Shown: one piece after another, positions 8,107 through 18,158 of the stretch
How positions within the stretch are numbered: position 1 is the stretch's first letter
Layout of the letters: each line of letters starts with the position of its first letter
IMG/VR virus record: IMGVR_UViG_3300037042_003397
Span: 1-62,215 of that record
Reading direction: 5' to 3' (one strand)
Source of the DNA: a virus
Lineage: Duplodnaviria > Caudoviricetes
Length of the DNA: 62,215 bases
Translations under genes and position numbers: made by a program
The notes under the pieces: generated by a model
Database searches by the model: none
What the model saw: only the letters and a program-made list of their open reading frames with translations
Told to the model about the DNA's origin: nothing

Positions 8107-10945
8107 TGTTGGAAAACCAATTCCTTTCCATAAAGCTCAGGAGTTAACTTGGGATAGTACCAGAAGAACTGTGGCTATGATAGCTGGCTCGCAGGGCGGT
8201 AAGGGGATAACTTTGGTAGAATTAGTCCCAATTGAGGATAGTTATACCACAATTGGAGAAATAAAGGTAGGTGACAGGGTATTTGGATCTGATGGGAAGT
8301 TGTGCAATGTAACCTATGTTTCACCTGTACATCATTTGAGATGTTTTGAGGTAGAGATTGATAATGGGCAGAAGATTATTGTCGATGAAGAGCATCTATG
8401 GAAGGTGAAAAGTTATAAGCATAGAAAGAATGAAAATAGGTCGGTCAAAGATCCGGACTTAGAATTTACAGAGTCGAGGTGGCAATGCAGATTGAGAGGT
8501 GTTGGTTATGAAGTCCTTGATACTTTGTATATGTCTAAGCACGTTATCGATGCTCATGGTGGATCAAATTATTCAATAGACCTGTGCGAAGCTTTGGAAA
8601 TAGAAGATAAAGTTCTTCCCATTATGCCTTATACATTTGGGGCATGGCTTGGAAATGGCGTATCTGACAATTGTTATATTTCCTGTTGGGAGCCTAACAA
8701 TGAAGTTATCAGAAGAATAAATATTGATGGGTATCCGACTGAAAGGTTTGAATCGTCAGAAGATAATAAGTGCTGGACTTATGCAATTGGAGGAAAAGAG
8801 GGAGGAAGGAGAATTGTAAATCCAATATTGAAGTCTATGGATGTACTGCATAATAAGCATATTCCAATGATTTACAAGAGATCGTCAATAGAACAAAGAC
8901 TTCAATTGGTAAGAGGTATGCTGGATACTGATGGATACATTGATCCGAGAGGACATATTGAGTACTGCTCAATAAGAGAAAAACTGGCAAATGATTTTCT
9001 TGAAGTTGTAAGATCGCTTGGCATTAAGGCAAAAATAAGAACAAAGATAATCCAGGTAAAAAGTGAGGACTACAATGTTTATCTGGTTACTTTCAATAGC
9101 AATAAGTATAGATTTTTCTGGTTAGATAGGAAATATGAAAGACAAAGCAATAAGCAAAAACCTAACACAAATTTACTTTACATTGTGTCGATAAAAGAGG
9201 TAGAGAGTGTTCCGACAAAATGTATCGCAGTTGATAGCTACGATCATACGTTCTTGGGATCAGGAGCTTTTATAACTTTACACAATACGTCTTTTGGTCC
9301 TTGGTGGCTACAAAAAGAGATCTATGATATAAGAGGATCAGGAGATTATATCGCTGCAACCGCTTCCTTTGACTTATTCAAGTTGAAAATGCTGCCAGCG
9401 ATGCTTCAAGTGTACGAACAAATACTTGGCATTGGAAGGTATTGGGCAGGAGATAGGATCATTGAACTCAAAGATCCAAAGACTGGTGAGTTTCTTGCAA
9501 AACGTTCTCAAGATCCAATGTGGGCAAGAATTATTCTTAGATCGGCAGATGCGTTGGGTGGTCTGGAAAGTTCTACCGCTAAAGGAGCCTGGTTAGACGA
9601 GTGCTTATCGCCGGAAACAATCATAAGTACAGAATTGGGAGAGATGCAGATAGGTAGGATCGTCAATCACTCCACTGATGTTCGTGTTTGGTCTTACGAC
9701 ACTAAACTGCACAAGTTTGAATTGCGCAGAATAAATCGTTGGATAAAACTACCTCAGAGTAAACCACTACTTCAACTTGGTTCTCTACGTATTACAGCAG
9801 ATCATAAGGTGTGGACAGAAAATGGCTACATAGAGAGTGAAAAAGTACTGGCATCTTTTGAACATAAGTTGTTCAAAATGAGTAAAGTATACGGTAGTTT
9901 CATGTGTGGGGAGTGGATTGATGTACCAAAAACGTTAAACCCTTCAGAATGTGATTTATCTAGTGACGGATTTGTTTATAACATCGAAGTTGAAGGGAAT
10001 CACAATTACGTCGCTGGCGGAATACTTGTATCCAATTGCGGGCAGGAGCGATTTGGCTTTGATGCATTTAAAGCTATACGCAGAAGGATAGCTTTGCATG
10101 TGGGTCGTATCCTGATGACAACTACTTTATATAATCTCGGATGGTTGATTGATGCAATTATTGAGCCGGCTATTTCATCTGGACAGCAGGAATTCTTTTC
10201 AGATGGAATTGGAGAGATTGAATATACAGACTGCGAAAGTAGAAAAACGGCAGTAATTCAGTTTGATAGTATTCTTAATCCATCTTTTCCGGTAGAGGAA
10301 TACGAGGAACAAAGGAAATTACTTTCTGATGAAGAATTCAACATGCAATATCGGGGGAGAAAAGCATCAAGAAGAATTTTGATTTATAGCAGCTTTAGTC
10401 CCACTCTTCACAAGTGCGATCCATTCGAGATACCAGATCATTGGAAAAGATACCTTGGACTTGATTTTGGCCCAGTTCATACTTGCTGTATGTACTATGC
10501 TGAAGATCCAATTTCGCACATTCTATACTGCTATCGGGAATATCTGGCAGGAGGAAGGACGATTGCGGATCACGTGAAACATATTCTGGCCGGGGAAAGG
10601 GGTGTTCCATTGTGCGTAGGTGGGGCAGGATCTGAGGGACAGTGGCGCATGGAGTTCGGATCGGCCGGATTGCCAGTTTATAAGCCGCAGATCATTGATG
10701 TGAACTTGGGTATCAACCGTGTATACGCGCAGCATCAGAATAATGGTATTATGTACTTTGGTAATGTGTCAGGTATTATTGACGAAAAAGGGAAATATCG
10801 CAGAAAGATGAGCCAAGCTGGTGAGACTTTGGATGAAATTGCTCAAAAGAATATCTATCACCGCTTGGATGCAGAAAGATATATCATCTCCTGGATAAGA
10901 CCAGGATATATCAGGAAAGCTAAGGTACTTCAGCTAGGAGACTAA
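7979..10945 (+). CDS. terL: terminase large subunit with two inteins (482 aa after splicing)
   Basis: Walker A GSQGGK/T, Walker B AWLDE, coupling motif TTT, RNase H-like GLDFG and HRLDAERY. Confidence 0.95.
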   Translation: MSLLENYLSLEALNSLKMERLKAEGTKTTSSRGNWPDKHLHDDVGKPIPFHKAQELTWDSTRRTVAMIAGSQGGKGITLVELVPIEDSYTTIGEIKVGDRVFGSDGKLCNVTYVSPVHHLRCFEVEIDNGQKIIVDEEHLWKVKSYKHRKNENRSVKDPDLEFTESRWQCRLRGVGYEVLDTLYMSKHVIDAHGGSNYSIDLCEALEIEDKVLPIMPYTFGAWLGNGVSDNCYISCWEPNNEVIRRINIDGYPTERFESSEDNKCWTYAIGGKEGGRRIVNPILKSMDVLHNKHIPMIYKRSSIEQRLQLVRGMLDTDGYIDPRGHIEYCSIREKLANDFLEVVRSLGIKAKIRTKIIQVKSEDYNVYLVTFNSNKYRFFWLDRKYERQSNKQKPNTNLLYIVSIKEVESVPTKCIAVDSYDHTFLGSGAFITLHNTSFGPWWLQKEIYDIRGSGDYIAATASFDLFKLKMLPAMLQVYEQILGIGRYWAGDRIIELKDPKTGEFLAKRSQDPMWARIILRSADALGGLESSTAKGAWLDECLSPETIISTELGEMQIGRIVNHSTDVRVWSYDTKLHKFELRRINRWIKLPQSKPLLQLGSLRITADHKVWTENGYIESEKVLASFEHKLFKMSKVYGSFMCGEWIDVPKTLNPSECDLSSDGFVYNIEVEGNHNYVAGGILVSNCGQERFGFDAFKAIRRRIALHVGRILMTTTLYNLGWLIDAIIEPAISSGQQEFFSDGIGEIEYTDCESRKTAVIQFDSILNPSFPVEEYEEQRKLLSDEEFNMQYRGRKASRRILIYSSFSPTLHKCDPFEIPDHWKRYLGLDFGPVHTCCMYYAEDPISHILYCYREYLAGGRTIADHVKHILAGERGVPLCVGGAGSEGQWRMEFGSAGLPVYKPQIIDVNLGINRVYAQHQNNGIMYFGNVSGIIDEKGKYRRKMSQAGETLDEIAQKNIYHRLDAERYIISWIRPGYIRKAKVLQLGD
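8204..9286 (+). mobile_element. intein 1 (361 aa) with LAGLIDADG homing endonuclease, inserted in Walker A
   Basis: VGDRVFGSDG, DEEHLW (block B), FGAWLGNG and RGMLDTDG, TKCIAV (block F), ends HN followed by Thr. Confidence 0.9.
9602..10036 (+). mobile_element. intein 2 (145 aa mini-intein), inserted just after Walker B
   Basis: starts CLSPET, TADH block B, VYNIEVEGNHNYVAGGILVSN followed by Cys. Confidence 0.9.
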
Positions 10946-10946
10946 G

Positions 10947-12626
10947 ATGCCGGATTCGATTGATACATCATTAGACAACACTATACAACAGTCGATAAAG
11001 ACTGGCGGTGGTTCCGGTGTTGGCATTTTATCATTACTGCTTTCAATGGGCGCTGCCGATGGTCTTATCTCAAAGTGGTGGTCTCCTACCCGAGATCAGC
11101 AGTTAGATGATTTCTGGAAGTCGTCTGATCATCTTTCCGGAGCCGTGTATAGTATGGTATCCAAGATGACGACCATTCCGGTAAAGGCAATTCCGAGAGA
11201 TACGTCGATCAAGTCTCATGTTCAGATAGCAGAGCAATACACGGATAATTTGATTAATGCTTCTCAGTTCGGAGAAGGTTGGATGACGTTCTTTAGTAAG
11301 TGCGTAACCGACTTATTGACCAGGGATAACGGTGTTTTTGTTGAAGTGATTGGCCCAGGTGATAAGTTAGGTCCAATAACAGGACCTGCTTTCTCGATGG
11401 CGCATCTGGATAGCGCAAGGTGCTTTAGAACAGGTAATCCAGAATACCCGGTAGTATTTACTGATGTGGATGGTAGAAGTTATAAGCTGCACAACTCAAG
11501 AGTGATCTATATGGCTCAGATGACTTCTCCGAGAAGGGAAATGAACGGGGTCGGCTATTCAGCGATTTCAAGGTGTATCAATGCTGCTCAGAATTTGATT
11601 GACATTTCCGTGTACAAGCAGGAGAAGATGGGGTCAAGACCGCAGCGGCAGATATTTATCACTCGTGGTGGGCTTGATCCAGAAGATCTAAAAGAAGCAA
11701 TTCGAGTATCAGATAGTACTCTTAGTTCTCAAGGATTGACACGGTTTGCTAAGTCTATCGCAGTGGGTGATAGAACCATTCCGGACGCAGACATGAAGCA
11801 GATTGATATTGCTTCTGTTCCGGATGGATTTGACGAGAAGGAAAGTACCATTTTGGGAATGTCTGTAATTGCGCTGGCCTTTGGCACCGATGCCAGAGAT
11901 TTATTTCCTGGTATGGAGAGTGGCGCAACCAAAGCAGATGCGATTATCCAGCATATCAAACAAAGAGGAAAGGGCGCTGGTCAGATTTTGCAATCATTTG
12001 AGAATGCGATCAGTCAGAAATTCTTACCACAGTTTTTGAAGTGCGTGTTTGACAATCAGGACGACAGTGAGGATCGTCAGGCGGCAGAGATTTCCAATAT
12101 CCGGGCGCAGGCCAGAGAAAGGGATGTTGCCAATAAGATCACCAATATTCGGGTTGAGCGAGAGTTGATGTTGAAACGGGGCGAGATCAGTGAAGCTCAA
12201 TTTGAGGAACTTGAATTGAATGATGGTCGGCTTGAAGATGGGGTTGAAGTTGAAGTTCTATTTGAGTCGAATGATAAGGATTACGTTGAATTTTTGGGTG
12301 ATGTCGATGAAAATAACTACGAAGAAAGAAAGACGAAGATCATGGGGTACGTGGTTAATTCAAAGGACGTGAATCGGATAAAGAAGGCAAGGAGGGCGAT
12401 TGCGGCAATAAACCATAGATATGACACTGAAGACATATTAGGGGCTGAGATTGACAAAAACAAGCTTTCAGCGATCAACCAGGCAGATGTGTCTAATGTT
12501 GATAATCCTGTAAAAGTAGCAAAACCGGATACGTCCTATCAGGATGAGAAATTTGGTAGGAAATTACCGAGACAACTGGTAAATGCAGTTGACGAAGTGA
12601 GTGTGGCTCAGTCGGAAGGAGTTTAG
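10947..12626 (+). CDS. portal protein
   Basis: 559 aa, immediately after TerL; size and position. Confidence 0.8.
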   Translation: MPDSIDTSLDNTIQQSIKTGGGSGVGILSLLLSMGAADGLISKWWSPTRDQQLDDFWKSSDHLSGAVYSMVSKMTTIPVKAIPRDTSIKSHVQIAEQYTDNLINASQFGEGWMTFFSKCVTDLLTRDNGVFVEVIGPGDKLGPITGPAFSMAHLDSARCFRTGNPEYPVVFTDVDGRSYKLHNSRVIYMAQMTSPRREMNGVGYSAISRCINAAQNLIDISVYKQEKMGSRPQRQIFITRGGLDPEDLKEAIRVSDSTLSSQGLTRFAKSIAVGDRTIPDADMKQIDIASVPDGFDEKESTILGMSVIALAFGTDARDLFPGMESGATKADAIIQHIKQRGKGAGQILQSFENAISQKFLPQFLKCVFDNQDDSEDRQAAEISNIRAQARERDVANKITNIRVERELMLKRGEISEAQFEELELNDGRLEDGVEVEVLFESNDKDYVEFLGDVDENNYEERKTKIMGYVVNSKDVNRIKKARRAIAAINHRYDTEDILGAEIDKNKLSAINQADVSNVDNPVKVAKPDTSYQDEKFGRKLPRQLVNAVDEVSVAQSEGV

Positions 12627-12628
12627 CG

Positions 12629-13147
12629 ATGTCATATAGCATTTTCGTCAAGAAGATTGGTAAGTGGAAAAAACGAATGGATGATAAGGTCTTTGTTAGA
12701 GTTATAAAACAAAGGATTGAAGACTTTGCCATAAATTCAGCCATTCCTGTCTACAAGATGACCACGCAAACCTGGAAAGAACACGATCCAAAGTTTGTGT
12801 ATCGTCGTTTTTTCGATAGTCCTAACATTTTCAGATTAGCCGTTGGAACAGATGATCGGATTTGGAATTTTCTTGATAATGGAACTAATATCCGGTGGGC
12901 GATTATGTCTACAGATTGGACAAGTAAGACGCACGTTGGATTGATACCATCCACATTTGGAAGTGGCAGGGTTACGTGGAAGGGGCGTAATTCGTACTTT
13001 GAAGAAATGGGATGGTTGCCAAAGCCAGGTATTGAAGCTAGAAATTTCACACAGTCAATCGAGGAATTTCTATTGCCAAGATGGAAATTGCAGATGCGAT
13101 ATGCGGTTAGGGATGCAAAAAAAGAAATGGAAAAATTTTGGATGTGA
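12629..13147 (+). CDS. putative neck/head-completion protein (HK97 gp10-like)
   Basis: basic protein with LDNGT and PGIEARNF motifs reminiscent of that family. Confidence 0.45.
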   Translation: MSYSIFVKKIGKWKKRMDDKVFVRVIKQRIEDFAINSAIPVYKMTTQTWKEHDPKFVYRRFFDSPNIFRLAVGTDDRIWNFLDNGTNIRWAIMSTDWTSKTHVGLIPSTFGSGRVTWKGRNSYFEEMGWLPKPGIEARNFTQSIEEFLLPRWKLQMRYAVRDAKKEMEKFWM

Positions 13148-13150
13148 AAT

Positions 13151-13369
13151 ATGGACTATCCCGAAGATGTCAAAAAAGAGTATTATTCTCTTATCAGAAG
13201 AATGCAGAGCGTGGCAAAAAGTCAGGGATATTCTGTGGTCACGATCAGTGTCCTTATGGACGCTGATGGCACTCCAATTGCATGGACTGAACCGGAACAA
13301 AGAAAAATTGAACCGAAAAATAATGTTAGCTTGCTCCTAAAACTTGGAGCAACCTCTAATCAATCGTGA
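13151..13369 (+). CDS. hypothetical protein
   Basis: 72 aa ORF in operon. Confidence 0.6.
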   Translation: MDYPEDVKKEYYSLIRRMQSVAKSQGYSVVTISVLMDADGTPIAWTEPEQRKIEPKNNVSLLLKLGATSNQS

Positions 13370-13426
13370 TGTATTGATTTTTGCAACGTGATAAAATACG
13401 AGTTGTTCGTATAGTCGAAGGAGACT

Positions 13427-15061
13427 GTGATGGATAATATGATCGAGGATACAACCAGTGAAAATCAAACCGTGTCTGATGCAATAGAAACGGCTGAGGA
13501 AAACATTTATGATACTCCTGGTGCGACCAGCTTTTCCGAGATCGAACAGGTGGACACGGTTGGTGAGTTGACCGATGATATCAAAAGTCTATCGGACTTG
13601 TTTAGACAACTTCTGTGCAATATTGAGTATTACAAGACGCCTGACATGGATCAATACTCGGCAGTAAAGAAACTGGTAGGTGAGTATGTGGATCGGTTGA
13701 ACGGGTTGGTATCAGAATACTCGGTAGATAAATCATTATTCTCAAAGGCGATCAAGGCTATCCGGGTAGGCGTGTTCAAGGAACAGGATTACAAAACCGA
13801 AGGTGGGAAGAAGTTTCATTCGTCCGACTTTGCTTATGTTCCGGACAAAATGAAACCATCTACCTGGAAATTGAGATTAGCAGAAGATCCAGGAAAGATA
13901 ACGGTGGCGCAATTGGGAAGGGCTGCTGCGGCATTATCGAGTGCCGGCTTTATGGGTAATCAGGTTCAGATGCCCATTAAAAGTATGGCTTCCGCAAAGG
14001 CGAGGGTCAGGTCGGAATATCATAAGTTGGGGGTGAAAGATGATGAAATTCCGGACGCAGTGAAAAAGAAAGAGAATGCGATGATGGTTTGGAAAGAAGC
14101 TAATGGGGGTTATCGTTGGTTCTCAAGTTACAGCAATGCTTATCGAGATAATGACAATCCACCTGAGATTATTAGTTCTGAGTCTCATATCAGATTTGTC
14201 GAGATGGTTGATAAGAAAGAAGTGGATTATCCTGAATTGTGGCATTGGCACATTCCAGGTACTGCTTATGGAAAAGCAGATTGGGTTGCATTTGATGCAG
14301 ACAATAAAGTGGCTATGGCTGCCGGGTATATCTATCCTGGGCATGAGAAAGAAGCGGAATTGTTATCTGAAATGGGTGACATTGCAACCTCTCATGGTAT
14401 GCCATCTGATACTATAACGCGTGATTTGAAAGATCATACTATAATCAATTCACATATTACTGTTGAAATCAGCGATTTACCCAGTCGGGCGGCTGCTAAT
14501 CGCATGACGACATTTGGAATTTTGAACAAGGAGAAAGATATGTCGATACCCGATATCAAAAAGAACTATCTTCGGGAGCTTGGTTTTTCGGATGAGAAGA
14601 TTTCTGAGATCGAGGAAATGAGTAATGGGATCAAGAAGTCTGCTGATGAAAGTGGGATCGAATCTAAAGAGGTTGCGGAAGTGAAAGAAGAAGTGAAAGA
14701 AGAAGTTGTACATACTTCTGATTTTGCAACCCGAACTGAGATTGCGACTGCCATTTCGGAGATTATGACCCCGTTGGTTGAGGCGATCAAGAATCTCAAC
14801 TCAGAATTATCGGCTTTGAAGAATGAAGTCAAAGAGGTGAAGGACAAGGAAGTTCTAATTCCTCCTGCCTCGTTAGCCGCCATGATTGCTCAGAATATGA
14901 CTTCCATTGGTAGCAAGGAAACTCAGATTCCAAAGAACAGCACATTGTTTAAGAGTGGGCCGATGGAAATGTTGGCGAATGATGGATCGAAGGCATTTGA
15001 ATTTCCAGAAAATCCGATCATTGGTGGAATCGTAACTGGGATTATCAACAAGAAACGCTAA
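13427..15061 (+). CDS. putative prohead protease/scaffold protein
   Basis: between portal and capsid genes; charged coiled-coil C-terminus with an internal RBS/ATG at 14540. Confidence 0.6.
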   Translation: MMDNMIEDTTSENQTVSDAIETAEENIYDTPGATSFSEIEQVDTVGELTDDIKSLSDLFRQLLCNIEYYKTPDMDQYSAVKKLVGEYVDRLNGLVSEYSVDKSLFSKAIKAIRVGVFKEQDYKTEGGKKFHSSDFAYVPDKMKPSTWKLRLAEDPGKITVAQLGRAAAALSSAGFMGNQVQMPIKSMASAKARVRSEYHKLGVKDDEIPDAVKKKENAMMVWKEANGGYRWFSSYSNAYRDNDNPPEIISSESHIRFVEMVDKKEVDYPELWHWHIPGTAYGKADWVAFDADNKVAMAAGYIYPGHEKEAELLSEMGDIATSHGMPSDTITRDLKDHTIINSHITVEISDLPSRAAANRMTTFGILNKEKDMSIPDIKKNYLRELGFSDEKISEIEEMSNGIKKSADESGIESKEVAEVKEEVKEEVVHTSDFATRTEIATAISEIMTPLVEAIKNLNSELSALKNEVKEVKDKEVLIPPASLAAMIAQNMTSIGSKETQIPKNSTLFKSGPMEMLANDGSKAFEFPENPIIGGIVTGIINKKR

Positions 15062-15074
15062 AGGAGAATATGAG

Positions 15075-16505
15075 ATGACTGATAATTTTAATGAGCAGAT
15101 GGTCGGGCTCCTGACAAAGCAGACCGAAATTCTGAATGAGTTGAAAGAAGGGATGCACACCAAGACACCAGCTACTTCGCAGACTGCAAATAAGCTGCAT
15201 GGTGCAAATGGACTGTTCTCAAGTGGCGCCCTGGAACGAGATATTATCTCGGCTGTTGTTCGACCAAAAGGTGTTGCCAGCATGATTCCGGCTATTCCGG
15301 GTGTCAACGAAGATCCTCGGTTTGGTTCAATCACCGGCTTTACAGCAGTTACTGGTTCTCAGCCAACTGCTGTTTGTGCAGACGCACCTACTGCGTACAT
15401 GAAGGGTTGTAACCTGACAGCTATGTTCGGTACAACTCGCTTTGATACTAACACGATTGATATTGAGAAAACGATGCTCCGGCTCAATCGTGGCGATCCT
15501 CAAGACCTGGTATTGCGTGGGCGACTGTTGGGCATGGACAATCTTGGCCCGGCTGGAATGGACGAAAACAAGGTTCTGAATATCCTGACCGAATCCGAGA
15601 TGGTGACCGCTGCTGTTTCTGCAGAGCGGAAAATCTCACAGGATATTTGGCAGGGTACCGTTGCCGGTGGGACGTTCCCCGGTCTTGATGTTCAGGTTGC
15701 GACCGGTCAAAAAGATGCTGATAGTGCCGTTCTTTGTCCTGCGTTGGATAGCGATGTGAAAGATTTCAACTATGATTTGGTCGATGGGTCAAGCCGTGAC
15801 ATTGTTGAATATCTTTCCATGCTTGAGTTCTATCTGCGTAACAATGCTGTTACGATGGGTCTCGATCCGGTCGAGTGGGTCATTGCAATGCGCCCTGAAC
15901 TGTGGTTCGAGTTGAGCGCAGTTTGGCCTTGCCGGTATCAGTCCAATCGCTGCTCCAATGCGTCCGGTGGTGTTGTCAACGTTATCAATGATAACGGAAA
16001 TATCGCCATGCGGGATGCAATGAGAAATGGGATGTACATAGACATCAATGGAAATCGGTATCCAGTTGCAACGGATACGGGTATCTATGAGCGAACTAAT
16101 GTCAATGACGCCAATGTTGCTCGTGGCTTCTACGCTTCCAGCATCTACATGCTACCCCTGACTATTCAGGGTAACTTCCCGGTGTTGTATCGTGAGTATT
16201 TGGATTACAGCAAGGCCAGTCGTGAAACGCCTTCTTTGCGTGGTCTTCCTACTTTCTGGACTGATAGTGGGATGTACTCATGGGCGATAGAGTCTCACAA
16301 TTGGTGCTTCAAGCTGGCGCTTCGGACTGAACAGCGGATCGTACTCCGCACTCCACAGTTAGCCGGTAAAATCCAAAAGGTGAAGTACTCTCCGTTGCAG
16401 CACCTGCGTGAACCATATCCTGAATCTCCGTACTTCGCTGATGGCGGGGTGAGCACGAGAGGTTATAGTTGGGGACAGGCTGCTTGGGTAGGAGCGTTAC
16501 GGTAA
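15075..16505 (+). CDS. major capsid protein
   Basis: 476 aa after scaffold, AAGGAG RBS, followed by a strong terminator; call by synteny. Confidence 0.75.
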   Translation: MTDNFNEQMVGLLTKQTEILNELKEGMHTKTPATSQTANKLHGANGLFSSGALERDIISAVVRPKGVASMIPAIPGVNEDPRFGSITGFTAVTGSQPTAVCADAPTAYMKGCNLTAMFGTTRFDTNTIDIEKTMLRLNRGDPQDLVLRGRLLGMDNLGPAGMDENKVLNILTESEMVTAAVSAERKISQDIWQGTVAGGTFPGLDVQVATGQKDADSAVLCPALDSDVKDFNYDLVDGSSRDIVEYLSMLEFYLRNNAVTMGLDPVEWVIAMRPELWFELSAVWPCRYQSNRCSNASGGVVNVINDNGNIAMRDAMRNGMYIDINGNRYPVATDTGIYERTNVNDANVARGFYASSIYMLPLTIQGNFPVLYREYLDYSKASRETPSLRGLPTFWTDSGMYSWAIESHNWCFKLALRTEQRIVLRTPQLAGKIQKVKYSPLQHLREPYPESPYFADGGVSTRGYSWGQAAWVGALR

Positions 16506-16540
16506 TCTAACCAAAGTTATAGACCGAAATTAATTTCGGG

Positions 16541-16574
16541 AATCACCCGGAGATTTTCTCCGGGTGATTGTTTT
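16541..16574 (+). terminator. intrinsic terminator
   Basis: AATCACCCGGAGA/TCTCCGGGTGATT stem followed by GTTTT. Confidence 0.85.
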
Positions 16575-16626
16575 ATATGGTAAAATAACAACATGTCAAT
16601 AATTCAATCTTCGCACTGGAGAAAAC

Positions 16627-17637
16627 ATGAAACCTGTTCTTGAATTTTCGTCAAAAGTTTTGTTCTACATATTTTGTGTGGTGATCGTTGTTTGGACTGG
16701 ATCGCTGACTGTATCTTTTGTAACCCGTGTCATGCCTGGAGCAGGGGTGGAGCCTTTTCTGGCTTTGGCCGTGTTCGATGGTGGCGCAATCTGCTGGCTA
16801 CTTGTCTTTTTATCGTATTCGAAAGGTCTTGGGCAGCGGTCGGTAAGCCTGTTGATGATGGTAATGGATTTGATCGGAATTGGTCTTATGACCGTTGCCG
16901 AATTGCTTATGGGCGGACAGACATTTACTGATGCACCTGAACAACTTGGGTCAGTAGCAGTGTGGGCGATTGCATTGTGGACTATTGCCAATGTTATTGC
17001 CGCTTATTCTTTTCATGTGCTGTCTCCGTCCGCCATGAAGGAAATAGCTATGGGAGTGGCCAAGGATAAGGTTGAAGCTCAAGGGATTAAATATCTTGAG
17101 GATAATTTGTCAAAGTTAGGTGAACAGCTTGGAACAGAAATGGGGAAAGCATTGTTAGATCAGGCTATTCGAGATATGGGACTTCATAAAGATGGTGGAT
17201 TGCGTGGCGGTTCTATTCCCCTACCCCCTTCAAACTCGTCATCTTCTTCTACCGTGAATACATCAGCATTATTTTCTCCACAAACTTATCCTATTACACA
17301 TAACAGAAGTTCCGATGAAAGTCCAGAAGAAATAATGGCAAAGATACGTAATGGATCATCGCCGTTACGGTCGGATAAAATGTCAGATAAAGCGAGAGAG
17401 GAGGCTGAAGAAGCATTATCGAATAGGATTAAGACACCCGTTACGCATGACGATCAATCTCGTAAAAATGGAAAGCTACACGCAACCTATAACGAGGATG
17501 TTATAGAAGCGGATATGGTGAATGTTACACTTCAAAATGATCCGAGGGCATTACAGTCAGGTGAACAGGAAACCCCCCGCCCAAACGGACTAAAGCCGCT
17601 GCCAAGAAAGAAGTTGGACAGTCGGCAGCTAGGGTAA
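16627..17637 (+). CDS. membrane protein (about 4 TM helices) with long disordered tail
   Basis: four hydrophobic segments in the first ~130 aa; Ser/Pro-rich C-terminus. Confidence 0.8.
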   Translation: MKPVLEFSSKVLFYIFCVVIVVWTGSLTVSFVTRVMPGAGVEPFLALAVFDGGAICWLLVFLSYSKGLGQRSVSLLMMVMDLIGIGLMTVAELLMGGQTFTDAPEQLGSVAVWAIALWTIANVIAAYSFHVLSPSAMKEIAMGVAKDKVEAQGIKYLEDNLSKLGEQLGTEMGKALLDQAIRDMGLHKDGGLRGGSIPLPPSNSSSSSTVNTSALFSPQTYPITHNRSSDESPEEIMAKIRNGSSPLRSDKMSDKAREEAEEALSNRIKTPVTHDDQSRKNGKLHATYNEDVIEADMVNVTLQNDPRALQSGEQETPRPNGLKPLPRKKLDSRQLG

Positions 17638-17774
17638 CTGTAAAGAAACCATCACTAAAATGTATGGAGTGCGGTAAGGTTATTTCTGGGCGCAGGCGTT
17701 ACTGTAATAGCGCATGTAGGCAAGCTAATTATCGTAGAAGAAAATTAAATGTTACGGTTAATGTCGTAACTTGA
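17565..17774 (+). CDS. C4 zinc-finger reading frame with no start codon before its first Cys (possible -1 frameshift extension of the membrane protein)
   Basis: reads ...KCMECGKVISGRRRYCNSACRQANYRRRK; frame opens after TGA at 17562-64. Confidence 0.5.
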   Translation, partial: TGNPPPKRTKAAAKKEVGQSAARVTVKKPSLKCMECGKVISGRRRYCNSACRQANYRRRKLNVTVNVVT

Positions 17775-17777
17775 CAT

Positions 17778-18146
17778 TTGCGAAGTGTAACTGGAGTTAT
17801 GGTGAGATTTCTAATTCTTTTAGTTGTTACAGTTTGTAGGGCTTTTACGGGTGTTGTGTTTGGCGTGAATATTGTAGCAAAACGTAAAGTTACTGTAACA
17901 ACAAAACGAAGAAATCGACTACACGAACTCAGGTCAATGCCTTATCGTGACTATCTCAAAACACCGGAGTGGGACAAGACTAGAAAAGCTGCGTATAGAC
18001 GAGCCAATCATACTTGTCAAAGATGTAGAAGAACTGGCGTTATGCTGAATGTACATCATAAGACTTACGATAACTTGGGTCGTGAACCTGCAAAAGATTT
18101 AATCGTATTATGTTGTTACTGTCACAAAAAAATTCATAACATATAA
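17778..18146 (+). CDS. HNH endonuclease
   Basis: YLKTPEW..CQRC..NVHHKTY..LIVLCCYCHKKIH. Confidence 0.85.
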   Translation: MRSVTGVMVRFLILLVVTVCRAFTGVVFGVNIVAKRKVTVTTKRRNRLHELRSMPYRDYLKTPEWDKTRKAAYRRANHTCQRCRRTGVMLNVHHKTYDNLGREPAKDLIVLCCYCHKKIHNI

Positions 18147-18158
18147 AAGGAAAGTGAT

